DNA from: an uncultured Acidobacteriota bacterium
Lineage (GTDB): Bacteria; Acidobacteriota; Vicinamibacteria; Vicinamibacterales; 2-12-FULL-66-21
Reading direction: 5' to 3'
DNA: 64,000 nucleotides
NCBI GenBank assembly: GCA_963797715.1
Contig: CAWCQS010000015.1
Location: forward strand, 168,792-232,791
Shown here: positions 10,042 through 19,663 of the stretch, piece by piece
Position numbering within the stretch: position 1 is the first letter of the stretch
Layout: each line of letters begins with the position of its first letter
Notes under the pieces: generated by a model
Told to the model about the DNA's origin: nothing
Database searches by the model: none
Seen by the model: only the letters and a program-made list of their open reading frames with translations
Made by a program: the position numbers and the translations under genes

Positions 10042-10105
10042 ATCGTGAACGGCGCATTTTCCTAGCTTTTGACACCGCGCCGTTCACGATTCACGGCCTG
10101 ACCCC
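10027..10105. repeat. Perfect 29-bp inverted repeat (hairpin, 21-nt loop) overlapping the trxC stop codon; possible terminator or REP-like element
   Basis: Left arm ggggtcaggccgtgaatcgtgaacggcgc (10027-10055) is the exact reverse complement of the right arm gcgccgttcacgattcacggcctgacccc (10077-10105). No T-tract follows. Confidence 0.8.
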
Positions 10106-10151
10106 AATCTCCGATTCGCGGCCTGACACGGTTCCCTGCTAGCATTTCTGC

Positions 10152-12629
10152 ATGGCTCGGGCATCCACGGTTCACCCCGCCACAGACCTCGCCCGGCGCC
10201 TCGAAGCCTTCGTCGTCGAGCGGTTTCCTTTTGCGGTCGCGCCGGTGCGCGCCGCATTCGACGCCAGCAAGACCGCCTACAAGCCTGAAGAACCGGCGCT
10301 CGAATCCCTGAGGACTGCGTTCGCCGAGGCCTTGCGCACGCGGCTGCAGAACCTCGCGCCGACCGAGCGGGTCGAAACTACGCCCGGCGTCGAGGCACCG
10401 GCACGGTTCGCCTTCGCGACCGACGAGCTCGCTGCGGCCTGCGACGGCTTCTTCCAACGCGCGGCCATACGCGCGTCGCTCACCGCCGACGAGCGGCGCG
10501 AGATTCTGCGTGGCATGGTGCTGACTCGCGCCACCGATAATCGCCTGAAGGCGCTCTTCACCGGCGGCGAGGTCCGATACGGTGAATCCTCGTTTCAGGG
10601 AAAGGGCTTCCGCTCGCTTGGACAAGAGGCGATCTACGGGGCCGCGATCCGGCTGCGCCGTGGCGACGAGTATCGCGACGGCAACACGTGGCGTGGCGAC
10701 GTCATCTCGCCCATCATCCGAGACCTCGGCGCAACGCTGGCGATGCGGCCGACCTCCGAGACCGTCCGCATGGTCCTGACCGCACAGATGGGGAAGGTCG
10801 GCCCGCCGATGGACGGCAAGGACCTCCACATGGGCGACATGACCTGCGGTGTCCTGCCCGCTGCTGCGCCACTCGCGATCGGAGCGCTCACGCTCACGGG
10901 CATGGCCTTCGCGTTCGCACGCGACGGCAGCGGTCGCGTCGCGATCACGTTCATTGGGGAGGGCGGCACCTCGCTCGGCGAGTGGCATGAGGCGATCAAC
11001 CTCGCCGCCGTGCGCAAGCTGCCGATCATCTTCGCCGTCGAGAACAATCAGACCGCGCTCTCGACGCCGCTGCGCGAACAGTCAGCCGCCCGGACGTTCG
11101 CCGACAAGGCCGGCGGCTACGGCATTCCCGGGATCACGATCGACGGCACGGATCCCGACGAAATCGCGGCCGCGTTCGCGTGGGCGGCCGAACGCGGGCG
11201 AGGGGGCCATGGCCCCACGCTCATCGAGGTCGTCTCGATGCGGATGTGCGGGCACGCGCATCACGACGACATGCTGTATCTCGGCAAGGATCCGCAGGCC
11301 GGCTGGGAATACCCCACGCTCCATCCCGGCGGTTATGCGGATCCTGAGCGTTATGCCTTCTGGTCGGCCAAGGATCCGATTCCCGCGTACGCGTCGCAGC
11401 TCGCGGGCGAAGGCCTCATTGACGAGGGCGAGCTCGATCGCCTGAAAGAGGAATGCGAGGCGCTCGTCGAATTCGAGGCGCAGGAAGTGATCGCGGCACC
11501 CTGGCCGGATGGCGAGCTGGCGCGCGCCGGCGTGTACGCGAATGAGGCGCCTCGGCAACGAATCGATGTCCTCGATCCGCAGGTGCGGCTTCGCTTCGAG
11601 ACAGAGGCAGCGCTGCCCTCTCTCGAGCCTGGCGCGCCGTTCGACAAGGCGGGCAGCACGTTTCTCGATGGCGTGATGCTCGGCGTCGGCGACGCGCTGC
11701 GTGCGGATCCGTCGGTCTTCGTCTTCGGCGAGGACGTCGGCGGTTCGTACGGCAACGCGTTTCTGCTCCTCCGGCCGCTGCTCGCCGAGTTCGGCGATCG
11801 CATTCTCAACGCGCCCATTGCCGAGAACGCGGTGCTCGGGACCTGCGTTGGTTCGGCACTCGCCGGTCAGCGGCCGATTGCCGAGATGCAGTTCAACGAC
11901 TTCGTCGCGACGGGTTTCAATCAGCTGGTAAACAACGCCGCGAAGATCCGTTATCGCTGGGGTGGCTCGGTGCCGATGGTCGTTCGGATGCCGTGGGGCG
12001 GCTTGCGCCACGCGGGTCCGTACCATAGCCAGAACACCGAAGCCTGGTTTTATCGGACGCCTGGACTCAAGATCGTAGTGCCGTCGACGCCCGCCGACGC
12101 GCGTGCGCTCATGGCCAGCGCGGTCGCGGATCCCGATCCCGTTCTCTACTACGAGCACATCGCGCTCTACCGCGATCCGCGGGTCAAGCAAGTCCTTGCC
12201 ACGGAGGCGCCGGCGCCGATTCCGATCGGGCGTGCCGCCCTCCGTCGCGAAGGCGACGCTCTGGCGATCATTTTGTACGGCGCCTTCGTCCACGCCGCGA
12301 TGCGCGTCGCCGAGCGCCTGGCTGCTGATGGCATCCAGGCCAGCGTGCTCGATCTGCGTTCGCTCGCGCCTCTCGACCGAGAGGCCGTGCTCGCGTGTGC
12401 GCGCCACTGCAGCCGGGTCCTCATCCTCCACGAAGACACTCGCACCGGCAGCATCGGCGAAAGCCTTGCGGCCATCATCCAGGAAGAGGCCTTCGAATCG
12501 CTCGACGCACCGATTCGCATCCTCGCCTCGCTCGATACGCCCGTTCCGTACTCCCCGCCGCTCGAAGGCGTCTTCCTTCCGTCAGACGCCGAGATCGAGC
12601 GGAACGCCCGGCAGCTCGTGGCCTATTGA
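10152..12629 (+). CDS. Thiamine-diphosphate-dependent 2-oxoacid dehydrogenase E1 component, fused alpha/beta subunits
   Basis: 825 aa. The alpha-like half carries the TPP motif FIGEGGTSLGEWHEAINLAAVRKLPIIFAVENN. The beta-like half has NAPIAENAVLGTCVGSALAG and a transketolase C-terminal-like end. Confidence 0.85.
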   Translation: MARASTVHPATDLARRLEAFVVERFPFAVAPVRAAFDASKTAYKPEEPALESLRTAFAEALRTRLQNLAPTERVETTPGVEAPARFAFATDELAAACDGFFQRAAIRASLTADERREILRGMVLTRATDNRLKALFTGGEVRYGESSFQGKGFRSLGQEAIYGAAIRLRRGDEYRDGNTWRGDVISPIIRDLGATLAMRPTSETVRMVLTAQMGKVGPPMDGKDLHMGDMTCGVLPAAAPLAIGALTLTGMAFAFARDGSGRVAITFIGEGGTSLGEWHEAINLAAVRKLPIIFAVENNQTALSTPLREQSAARTFADKAGGYGIPGITIDGTDPDEIAAAFAWAAERGRGGHGPTLIEVVSMRMCGHAHHDDMLYLGKDPQAGWEYPTLHPGGYADPERYAFWSAKDPIPAYASQLAGEGLIDEGELDRLKEECEALVEFEAQEVIAAPWPDGELARAGVYANEAPRQRIDVLDPQVRLRFETEAALPSLEPGAPFDKAGSTFLDGVMLGVGDALRADPSVFVFGEDVGGSYGNAFLLLRPLLAEFGDRILNAPIAENAVLGTCVGSALAGQRPIAEMQFNDFVATGFNQLVNNAAKIRYRWGGSVPMVVRMPWGGLRHAGPYHSQNTEAWFYRTPGLKIVVPSTPADARALMASAVADPDPVLYYEHIALYRDPRVKQVLATEAPAPIPIGRAALRREGDALAIILYGAFVHAAMRVAERLAADGIQASVLDLRSLAPLDREAVLACARHCSRVLILHEDTRTGSIGESLAAIIQEEAFESLDAPIRILASLDTPVPYSPPLEGVFLPSDAEIERNARQLVAY

Positions 12630-12654
12630 GTTCGCCCAACGGCTTGTCCATCCC

Positions 12655-13788
12655 TTGATCGCCAGGCAGATCGCCATCGTCCTGCAGACGCCGAGGGATC
12701 AGCAGTCGTCCGTCCTGCAAACTTACCAGGACCTCGCGGCTGAGCTCGCGCGGCGAGGCCACCTTGTCACGATCGTGACGCCGGAGGATTTCCCGTCGTT
12801 CCGCGGCGTCGGCGGAAGGTTGACGCCGCTCATCTATCCGTTCGTGATCGGCCGCTGGATGAAACGTCAAGGCGTCGCATGCGATGTCGTGATCTTGCAC
12901 AGCTATGCGGGGTGGCGGGCAGTGTCGGCGGCCAGACGCCCCTCTGGTCCCGCCGCTCCCACGGTCATCGCCTTTCACGGCCTCGAGCCGCTTTATCACG
13001 AAGCGCTGCGAGCGGAAGCCGAACAGTCAGGGGGTCTCAGCTGGCGGTATCGTGTGTTGCAGGAATGGCTGATGCCTTTCATGCTGAAAACCGCGTGCCG
13101 GCGTGCAACGCGGATCACGTGCCTCAATTCGGTCGAGCGCGACTATCTGGTCCGGCGTGGCTGGACGACTGAAGATCGCGTGGACGTTGTGTTTCACGGA
13201 GTGCTACCGGAATTCTTCCTGGCCGAGCGCCTGGTGCGTCCCGTGCGCAGGCTCCTCTTTGTCGGTCAATGGCTGCCGATGAAAGGCGTCACTTACCTCC
13301 GCGATGCCTTTGGCGAGATCGCTCACCGTCATCCGGACGTCAGCCTGATTTGTGCCGGCACGCTCGCGCCAGCCGAGCGGGTCTTGGCCGATTTCGATGC
13401 TGGGGTGCGGTCACGGGTGCGGGTCGTGCCGCGGCTCGATCGCCTCGCCCTCGTCGATCTCTATCGAGAGGCGGACATCATGGTTGCGCCGAGCCTGTAC
13501 GAGGGATTTGGCGTCGCCCTGGTCGAAGCGATGGCCGCCAGGCTGCCGATTGTGACGACTCGCGTCGGCGTTGCCGCCGACGCGCTGACCGACGGCGAAA
13601 GCGCGCTCGTCATCCCCACGCGGCACGCCCACGCGATCGTCGGCGAGGTCGAGCGGCTGATTGCTGATGCCAGCCTTCGGGAGCGGCTCGGCGAGGCGGC
13701 GGCCGACGTCGCGCTCCACTATCGTTCCTCCGTCGCCGTGACCGCTCTGGCAGACCGCGTCCTGCGTGTGATACACAGCACGCTGTGA
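12655..13788 (+). CDS. Glycosyltransferase family 4 (GT-B)
   Basis: Track ORF 12103..13788 is trimmed to the in-frame TTG at 12655, after the E1 stop at 12629. It has the C-terminal GT4 signature SLYEGFGVALVEAMAARLPIVTTRVG. Confidence 0.8.
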   Translation: MIARQIAIVLQTPRDQQSSVLQTYQDLAAELARRGHLVTIVTPEDFPSFRGVGGRLTPLIYPFVIGRWMKRQGVACDVVILHSYAGWRAVSAARRPSGPAAPTVIAFHGLEPLYHEALRAEAEQSGGLSWRYRVLQEWLMPFMLKTACRRATRITCLNSVERDYLVRRGWTTEDRVDVVFHGVLPEFFLAERLVRPVRRLLFVGQWLPMKGVTYLRDAFGEIAHRHPDVSLICAGTLAPAERVLADFDAGVRSRVRVVPRLDRLALVDLYREADIMVAPSLYEGFGVALVEAMAARLPIVTTRVGVAADALTDGESALVIPTRHAHAIVGEVERLIADASLRERLGEAAADVALHYRSSVAVTALADRVLRVIHSTL

Positions 13789-15590
13789 AAGCCTGGCTGC
13801 AGCAGCTCGCCGAGCTCCGCAAGATCCTCGCCTTTCTTCGGCCATACCTGGTGCGCCAGCCCCTGCTACTGGCGGCCGTGCTCGGCAGCGCCCTCTTCGT
13901 CATGTTGTTCGAGGGCTTCGGCGTCGGGCTGCTCGTTCCGCTCTTGAACCTGCTGCTGGGCGGCGAGCGAGCGACGCCGATGCGGCCGCTTCAGTGGCTC
14001 GAGCGCACGATTCCTGGCCACTCGCCAGCCTTCTACATCGGCGCGATTGCCGTCGCGATCGTGGTCTCGGTCGCCCTGAAGAACGTCGCCTTCTATACCT
14101 CACTCGTGCTCGCGGCGCGGCTCAAGCGGCGAATCGCCGTCAGGCTGCGCGACGATCTGTTCCGCCGTCTTCACCGCGCCGATCTCGATCTCTTCGATCG
14201 GCTGCCCGGCGGCGACTTGGCCAACGTCTTCCTCGTCGAGACGTACCGGACGACGGTCGCCATCGACGCCATGCTGGCGCTCATCCAGCGCACGAGCATC
14301 GCGTTCTTCTACGTCGCCGCGCTGTTTTTCCTGTCGTGGCCGCTGACCGCGCTCGTGCTCGTGCTCGCCGTAGCGCTCGGCGGCGCGCTGTCGTTCGTCT
14401 ACGGCCGACTGAAGACGGTTGGCATCGAGCTGACCGATCTCAATCACCGGATGGCGGCGCTCCTCGGCCAGTCCTTCTCGGGCGTGCGGATCGTGCGCGC
14501 GACACATTCCCAGGATCGCGAGATCGAGCAGTTCCACTCCCTCAACGACGCGCAGGCCGGCGCCGAAGAACGGAGCGCCGAGGCGCTGTCGCTTGTCTTT
14601 CCAATAACCGAGACGCTGGCGGTTGCCGGCGCGATGGTAATCGTGACGTGCGCCTACATCTTTCTCGTTCGGCCCGGCTACATGCTGAGCAGCTACCTGC
14701 TCGCGTACGGCTTCGTGCTGCTGCGGCTCCTGCCGCTGATGAATCAGCTCTACGGACTGCATGGACACCTGGCGTATCTCGCCGGCGGGATCGAGGAAGT
14801 CAAGGCGTGGCTCGATACGCCATATTTCCCCGACCGTCCGTTTGGCGCCACCGAGTTTGCGGGAGTGCGCCGATCGCTGGCCTTCGAGCGCGTGACCTTC
14901 CGCTATCCCAACGGCAAGACGGCGCTCGACAACATCGACTTCGTCGTCCCCGTCGGCCAGACGATCGCGATTGTCGGCCCCTCCGGCGCTGGCAAGTCGA
15001 CGCTGGCCAACATCCTCCTCCGTCTTCGCGCCCCGACGAGCGGACGCGTCATTGTCGACGAGCGCGACTTCTGGGACTTCTCGTCCGAAAGCTGGCATCG
15101 TGCGACTGCGCTCGTCGAGCAGGACGCGTTTCTCTTTCACGGCACGTTGCGGGAAAACATCCTCTACGGATGCGAGAACGTCAGCGCCGCCGCACTCGAG
15201 CACGCACTACACGCGGCGCATCTGACGGACGTAGTGAGCTCGCTTCCCGACGGTCTCGAGACGCTCGTCGGAGAGCGCGGTGCGATGGTCTCGGGGGGAC
15301 AACGGCAACGCATCGCCATTGCCCGCGCCGTCATCCGCAATCCGAGCATCCTCATCCTCGACGAAGCGACGTCACACCTCGACGCCGTGTCCGAGCGCCT
15401 CGTCCAGCAAGCGCTCCAGAACGCCTCCCGCGGCCGGACGACCATCGTGATTGCCCACCGCCTGTCGACGATCCGGGAGGCCGACCGGCTCATCGTCCTC
15501 GAAAACGGCCGTATTGCTGAGCAGGGGACGTGGGACACGCTGGCTACGGCCGGCGGCGTCTTCGAGCGGCTCATTCGCGGGTTGGCCTGA
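13785..15590 (+). CDS. ABC exporter, fused permease/ATPase (MsbA-like type)
   Basis: 601 aa with a 6-TM N-terminal domain. Walker A GPSGAGKST, signature VSGGQRQRIAIARA, Walker B ILILDEATS. The start overlaps the upstream stop. Confidence 0.9.
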   Translation: MKAWLQQLAELRKILAFLRPYLVRQPLLLAAVLGSALFVMLFEGFGVGLLVPLLNLLLGGERATPMRPLQWLERTIPGHSPAFYIGAIAVAIVVSVALKNVAFYTSLVLAARLKRRIAVRLRDDLFRRLHRADLDLFDRLPGGDLANVFLVETYRTTVAIDAMLALIQRTSIAFFYVAALFFLSWPLTALVLVLAVALGGALSFVYGRLKTVGIELTDLNHRMAALLGQSFSGVRIVRATHSQDREIEQFHSLNDAQAGAEERSAEALSLVFPITETLAVAGAMVIVTCAYIFLVRPGYMLSSYLLAYGFVLLRLLPLMNQLYGLHGHLAYLAGGIEEVKAWLDTPYFPDRPFGATEFAGVRRSLAFERVTFRYPNGKTALDNIDFVVPVGQTIAIVGPSGAGKSTLANILLRLRAPTSGRVIVDERDFWDFSSESWHRATALVEQDAFLFHGTLRENILYGCENVSAAALEHALHAAHLTDVVSSLPDGLETLVGERGAMVSGGQRQRIAIARAVIRNPSILILDEATSHLDAVSERLVQQALQNASRGRTTIVIAHRLSTIREADRLIVLENGRIAEQGTWDTLATAGGVFERLIRGLA

Positions 15591-15770
15591 ATCAGGCATT
15601 GTCAGCCCACAAAGCGCTCCCCTCCGGTCGCGGACGCGAGTTGGTGACCGTGGAAGTCACCCCTTGAACGAAGCCCGAATTTGTTATCGCCACCGGCTGT
15701 ACAGGCCGAAACTACGGGGAATGGGGTCCCGTTGGCAGTCCGGCATGGGACTGAGAGGGCGGAGCTGCAA

Positions 15771-16985
15771 TTGCGTGCATTGACGTGCATCGGCGTACTT
15801 ACAATTCTGTGCTTCGATCCGACGATTTCGTATGCGCAGACCGGACCCGGCAGCGATCCGCTCGAAACCATGCCGTTCCGGTTCGGTCTGTTGGGGGTTA
15901 ACCCCACGCTGGCGATCACGAACTTCGGCGTCGACGACAACATCTTCGACGACTCGACCGACCCGAAGAGCGACTTCACGATGACGGTCACGCCCCGTCT
16001 GCAGGCTCGCCTGCGGAGCGGGAACCTGCTCTTCTCCGGCTCAGCTGCCTCGGGCCTCGTCTACTACCAGAAGTTCGACGACCAACGTTCGGTCGACTAT
16101 GCGACGGACGGCCGCATGGACGTGGATCTTGGCTGGCTGCGCCCCTATGCGCTGGGATCGTTTCTCGACACGCGCGAACGGCTCAATGTCGAAATCGATG
16201 CGCGTGCTCCGCGCACACAAACCACCGTAGCCGTCGGTACGAACATGACCCTCTCGCCGAGGACGGGCCTCGTGTTCGCCCTTCGCCGGGCCGGGTTGGA
16301 TTTTGCGGAGGGCGACACGTTCGAGGGCGTACCGCTCGCCACGGCGCTCAATTCGACGACGAATACTGTGGAGGGTGGCATCGAGTTCTTCCTTACGCCG
16401 CTCACCACGCTCTCGGTTACGGCGTCGGGGCAGACCGACCGCTTCGACAGTTCGCCGGAACGAAACGCGGACACGCTCCGCATCCTGCCGTCGATCCGCA
16501 TGGAGGCACCGGCAATCATCCAGGGCTCACTGGCTGTCGGCTACCGGCGATTCTCGGCGCTCGATCCTGACACCCCTGACTACAGTGGACTCGTGGTACA
16601 AGGATCGCTCACGCACACGTTCGGCGAATGGACGAAGATCGACCTTGCGCTCTCGCGCGACGTCCAATACTCGTTCGAGGAGACCGAGCCGTACTATCTA
16701 TCAACAGGATTCAGGGTCGTTCTGACGCAGCAGCTGCAGGAGGCCGTGGACGTGCGCGGGACGATGGGGCGCGATCGTCTCGACTATCGTGAAGAGGCGA
16801 CGTCGGGCGTGCCGAACGACACGAGAACCGATCGCGCGACTGTGCTCGGCGGCGGCATGGGGTATCGGTTGCAGCCGAATCTTCGGGTCGGTGTCGACGT
16901 CGAGTTCGCGAAGCGCTCGAGCGATCGTCCCGACCGCCGCTACGACCGCACCCGGGTGTTTGCGTCGATGACCTACGGATTCTGA
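15771..16985 (+). CDS. Outer-membrane beta-barrel protein associated with polysaccharide export
   Basis: Track ORF 15681..16985. The likely start is TTG at 15771, giving signal-like LRALTCIGVLTILCFDPTISYAQ. The sequence has alternating beta-strand patterns throughout and the C-terminal ...RVFASMTYGF. It lies immediately upstream of the Wza-like gene. Confidence 0.6.
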   Translation: MRALTCIGVLTILCFDPTISYAQTGPGSDPLETMPFRFGLLGVNPTLAITNFGVDDNIFDDSTDPKSDFTMTVTPRLQARLRSGNLLFSGSAASGLVYYQKFDDQRSVDYATDGRMDVDLGWLRPYALGSFLDTRERLNVEIDARAPRTQTTVAVGTNMTLSPRTGLVFALRRAGLDFAEGDTFEGVPLATALNSTTNTVEGGIEFFLTPLTTLSVTASGQTDRFDSSPERNADTLRILPSIRMEAPAIIQGSLAVGYRRFSALDPDTPDYSGLVVQGSLTHTFGEWTKIDLALSRDVQYSFEETEPYYLSTGFRVVLTQQLQEAVDVRGTMGRDRLDYREEATSGVPNDTRTDRATVLGGGMGYRLQPNLRVGVDVEFAKRSSDRPDRRYDRTRVFASMTYGF

Positions 16986-16988
16986 CCC

Positions 16989-17798
16989 ATGGCGTTCTTG
17001 TTGTGCCTGTTGTTTCTGACGTTCCAAGTCTCTCAGGGTGCCACTACGTCGGCCGAGTACACCGTCGGTCCGCAGGATCGACTCTCGATCGCCGTCGTCG
17101 ACGAACCCACGCTGACGAAGATCGTGACCGTCGGCAGCGACGGCACGTTCGACTATCCCTACATCGGCCTGGTCAGGGCCGCGGGCGTGACGCTGCGGTC
17201 GGTGCAGCAGGACATCACCGCACGCCTCCAAGAGAAGTACCTGCGCAATCCGCAGGTGTCGATCGAGGTCGAGACCTACCGGAGTCAAGTCGTCTACGTC
17301 TGGGGCCAGGTACGGTCGCCGGGAGCGGTGACGCTGACGGGGCATATCAATCTCACTGAAGCGCTCGCCAAAGCGGGATCGCCGACGCCGGACGCGGGTT
17401 CGTACATCGAGATCAATCGGAAGCCTGCATCAGTACCCGGTGGAACCGACGGAGCATCGCCGCCCAAAACCACGCCCGTGCGCATCAGCATGGCGGACCT
17501 GCAGAGCGGACGGGCACAGGGCATCATCCTCTCCGACGGCGACACGGTGTTCGTACCCAAGGCGGAGACGTTCTTCGTCACTGGCTACGTGAAGAATGGT
17601 GGCCCGTTTCTGCACGACGGCGCGATGACCGTGTCGAAGGCGATCTCGATGGCCGGCGGCGTGACGGAGAAGGGCTCGAGGAGCCGCGTCCGCATCACCA
17701 GGGTCGTCGATGGCAAGCAGGTCGTGATCAAAGACGTGAAGCTGGATGATCCGGTCATGCCGGGCGACTCGGTCGAAGTCATGTCCAGGCTCTGGTAA
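16989..17798 (+). CDS. Polysaccharide export protein (Wza/Poly_export + SLBB type)
   Basis: YTVGPQDRLSIAVVDEPTLTKIVTVGSDGTFDYPYIGLVRAAGVTLRSVQQDI matches the Poly_export motif. The C-terminal part is SLBB-like (GDTVFVP..., PGDSVEV). Confidence 0.85.
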   Translation: MAFLLCLLFLTFQVSQGATTSAEYTVGPQDRLSIAVVDEPTLTKIVTVGSDGTFDYPYIGLVRAAGVTLRSVQQDITARLQEKYLRNPQVSIEVETYRSQVVYVWGQVRSPGAVTLTGHINLTEALAKAGSPTPDAGSYIEINRKPASVPGGTDGASPPKTTPVRISMADLQSGRAQGIILSDGDTVFVPKAETFFVTGYVKNGGPFLHDGAMTVSKAISMAGGVTEKGSRSRVRITRVVDGKQVVIKDVKLDDPVMPGDSVEVMSRLW

Positions 17799-17849
17799 CC
17801 GCCACCGGGCTTCGCCTTAGTCCCGCCTCGCACCCACCCTCGACCACGC

Positions 17850-18995
17850 ATGCGCGTCCTGCACGTCGCGAGCGGTCGGCTTTTTGGCGGCATCGAGCAG
17901 ATGCTCGTCACGATCGCGCGGCATCAGGCCATTACGCCCGATGTCACGGCCACGTTCGCCATAGCCGCGCCCGGCCACCTGGCCCGGGCGCTCTCGGCAA
18001 GCGGCGTTCAGGCGCACGATCTCGGCGACGTGCGACTCAGCCGCCCCGCGTCGGTTGTCCGGGCCCGCCGCCGATTTCGAGCGCTGCTGCAGTCAACCGG
18101 TGCTCAAGCCGCCATCTGTCACGCACCGTGGTCGTATGCGATCTTTGCCCCTGTCGCCAGACGGGCGGGTGTGCCGGCCGTCTGGTGGCAACACGATCGC
18201 GCGGATGGCTCGCCGCTCGTCGAACGCTGGGCGGCGAGGACGCCTGCTGCGCTGGTGATCGCAAATAGCTCCTGGACGTCCCGCAGCGCAGGGGCGCTGC
18301 AGCCGGATGCGCCTGTCACCGTCATCCACCCGCCCGTTGCCGTCGAGTGTTCGAGCGACGAACTGAGGGAGGAACAGCGGCGGTCGCTTGGTGCCGGCCG
18401 CGACGAGCTCGTCGTGTTCTGCGCCAGCCGGCTCGAGCCCTGGAAAGGCCATCGGCATCTGCTGCGCGCATTGGCGAATCTTCGGACGTCACGCTCCTGG
18501 CGGGCGTGGATTGCCGGGGGGGCGCAGCGGCCGCACGAGCAGAATTACGCGGCGGAACTGCGCCGCGAGGTAGCGGCCCTCGGCCTCGAATCGCGCGTCG
18601 AGTTCCTCGGCGAACGTCGGGACGTGCCGTCGCTCATGCGCGCCGCCGACATCTTCTGTCAGCCAAACGAAAGACCAGAACCATTTGGCGTGGTCTTCGC
18701 CGAGGCCCTGCTCTCGGGGCTTCCCGTCGTGACCACTGACATGGGCGGCGCTCCAGAAATCGTGTCGAACGAATGCGGTCGGCTCGTGCCACCGGAAGAC
18801 ACGGCCGCTCTCGCCGGTGTGTTGGCGGAGCTCATCGACAACGAGGAGTTGCGGGCGCGGCTGGCAGCTGCCGGCCATGGACATGCGACCGCACGCTGCG
18901 CTCCGTCGGTCGTCCTGCCACAGCTCGCCAGGGCGGTTGAACGGGTCCGAGTGAAGCGCGAGCCGCCAGTCGCGAGCCGGCAGGGCGAAATATGA
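17850..18995 (+). CDS. Glycosyltransferase family 4
   Basis: MRVLHVASGRLFGGIEQ... N-terminal domain. EPFGVVFAEALLSGLPVVTTDMGGAPEIV EX7E-type motif. Confidence 0.85.
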   Translation: MRVLHVASGRLFGGIEQMLVTIARHQAITPDVTATFAIAAPGHLARALSASGVQAHDLGDVRLSRPASVVRARRRFRALLQSTGAQAAICHAPWSYAIFAPVARRAGVPAVWWQHDRADGSPLVERWAARTPAALVIANSSWTSRSAGALQPDAPVTVIHPPVAVECSSDELREEQRRSLGAGRDELVVFCASRLEPWKGHRHLLRALANLRTSRSWRAWIAGGAQRPHEQNYAAELRREVAALGLESRVEFLGERRDVPSLMRAADIFCQPNERPEPFGVVFAEALLSGLPVVTTDMGGAPEIVSNECGRLVPPEDTAALAGVLAELIDNEELRARLAAAGHGHATARCAPSVVLPQLARAVERVRVKREPPVASRQGEI

Positions 18996-19663
18996 CCGAC
19001 ATGATCGATGTGGCAGCCGTCGAGCGTGGACTGAAGAGTGTTGGCGAAAGCGACGCACCGATCTACCGCGCGGCGGCAAAGCTGTTGCACGCGCGCCGCG
19101 CGCGTGGCGTGGTCGTCGACGTCGGCTGCGGCATCGGGCGGTTTCTGGAGTACACCGGCGATCTGGCCAGCGACTACGTTGGCATCGACGTCGTGCGGCA
19201 CCCCAGGCTCTCCCCAGACGCGGCGTTTCATCGCGCCGATCTCGATCGCGAAGACATTCCACTGTCAGACGGCACAGCGGACATCGTCGTCGCGCTGGAA
19301 ACGATTGAGCACCTCGAAAGCCCGCGTGCGTTCTGCCGCGAGCTGACGCGTGTGCTCAAGCCGGGCGGCTGGCTGGTGATGAGCACGCCGAATCAGCTGA
19401 GCGTGCTGAGCATCCTGTGCCTGATCGTCAGAGGTCGATTCGTTGCGTTTCAGGATGCGTACTATCCGGTCCATCGGACGTCGCTCTTGCCCGTCGATCT
19501 GGTGCGCATCGCCGGCGAGTGCGGGTTGGTGGACGTCGAGCTTGGATACTCGTGCGTGGGACGAATTCCGCTGACTGGCGCGCACTATCCGGAGACGCTG
19601 TCGCAGATGTTTCCCCAGGGGTTGTCGGATAACGTGCTGCTGGTCGCACGCAAGCATGCGTGA
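18992..19663 (+). CDS. Class I SAM-dependent methyltransferase
   Basis: SAM motif I VVDVGCGIGRFLE. The ATGA start/stop overlaps the upstream GT4 gene. Confidence 0.85.
   Translation: MTDMIDVAAVERGLKSVGESDAPIYRAAAKLLHARRARGVVVDVGCGIGRFLEYTGDLASDYVGIDVVRHPRLSPDAAFHRADLDREDIPLSDGTADIVVALETIEHLESPRAFCRELTRVLKPGGWLVMSTPNQLSVLSILCLIVRGRFVAFQDAYYPVHRTSLLPVDLVRIAGECGLVDVELGYSCVGRIPLTGAHYPETLSQMFPQGLSDNVLLVARKHA

Noticed and set aside
10152-12629. The fused E1 alpha/beta dehydrogenase without adjacent E2/E3 genes, considered as a novelty.
   Set aside because: To my knowledge, fused alpha/beta E1 ORFs standing alone are a recurrent architecture in Acidobacteriota and related phyla. Nothing in the sequence itself looks aberrant.
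13785-15590. The ABC exporter considered as the missing lasso-peptide (McjD-like) transporter.
   Set aside because: It is about 29 kb away from the lasso operon. It is start/stop-coupled to a GT4 gene at the head of the polysaccharide locus and is followed by OM export components. There is no evidence linking it to the lasso operon.
15731-15760. A TGGCA-containing stretch (ttggcagtccggcatggga) upstream of the OM barrel gene, considered as a sigma-54 promoter.
   Set aside because: The -12 element (TTGC at the correct 5-nt-spaced position) is missing. A match to only half the consensus is expected by chance.
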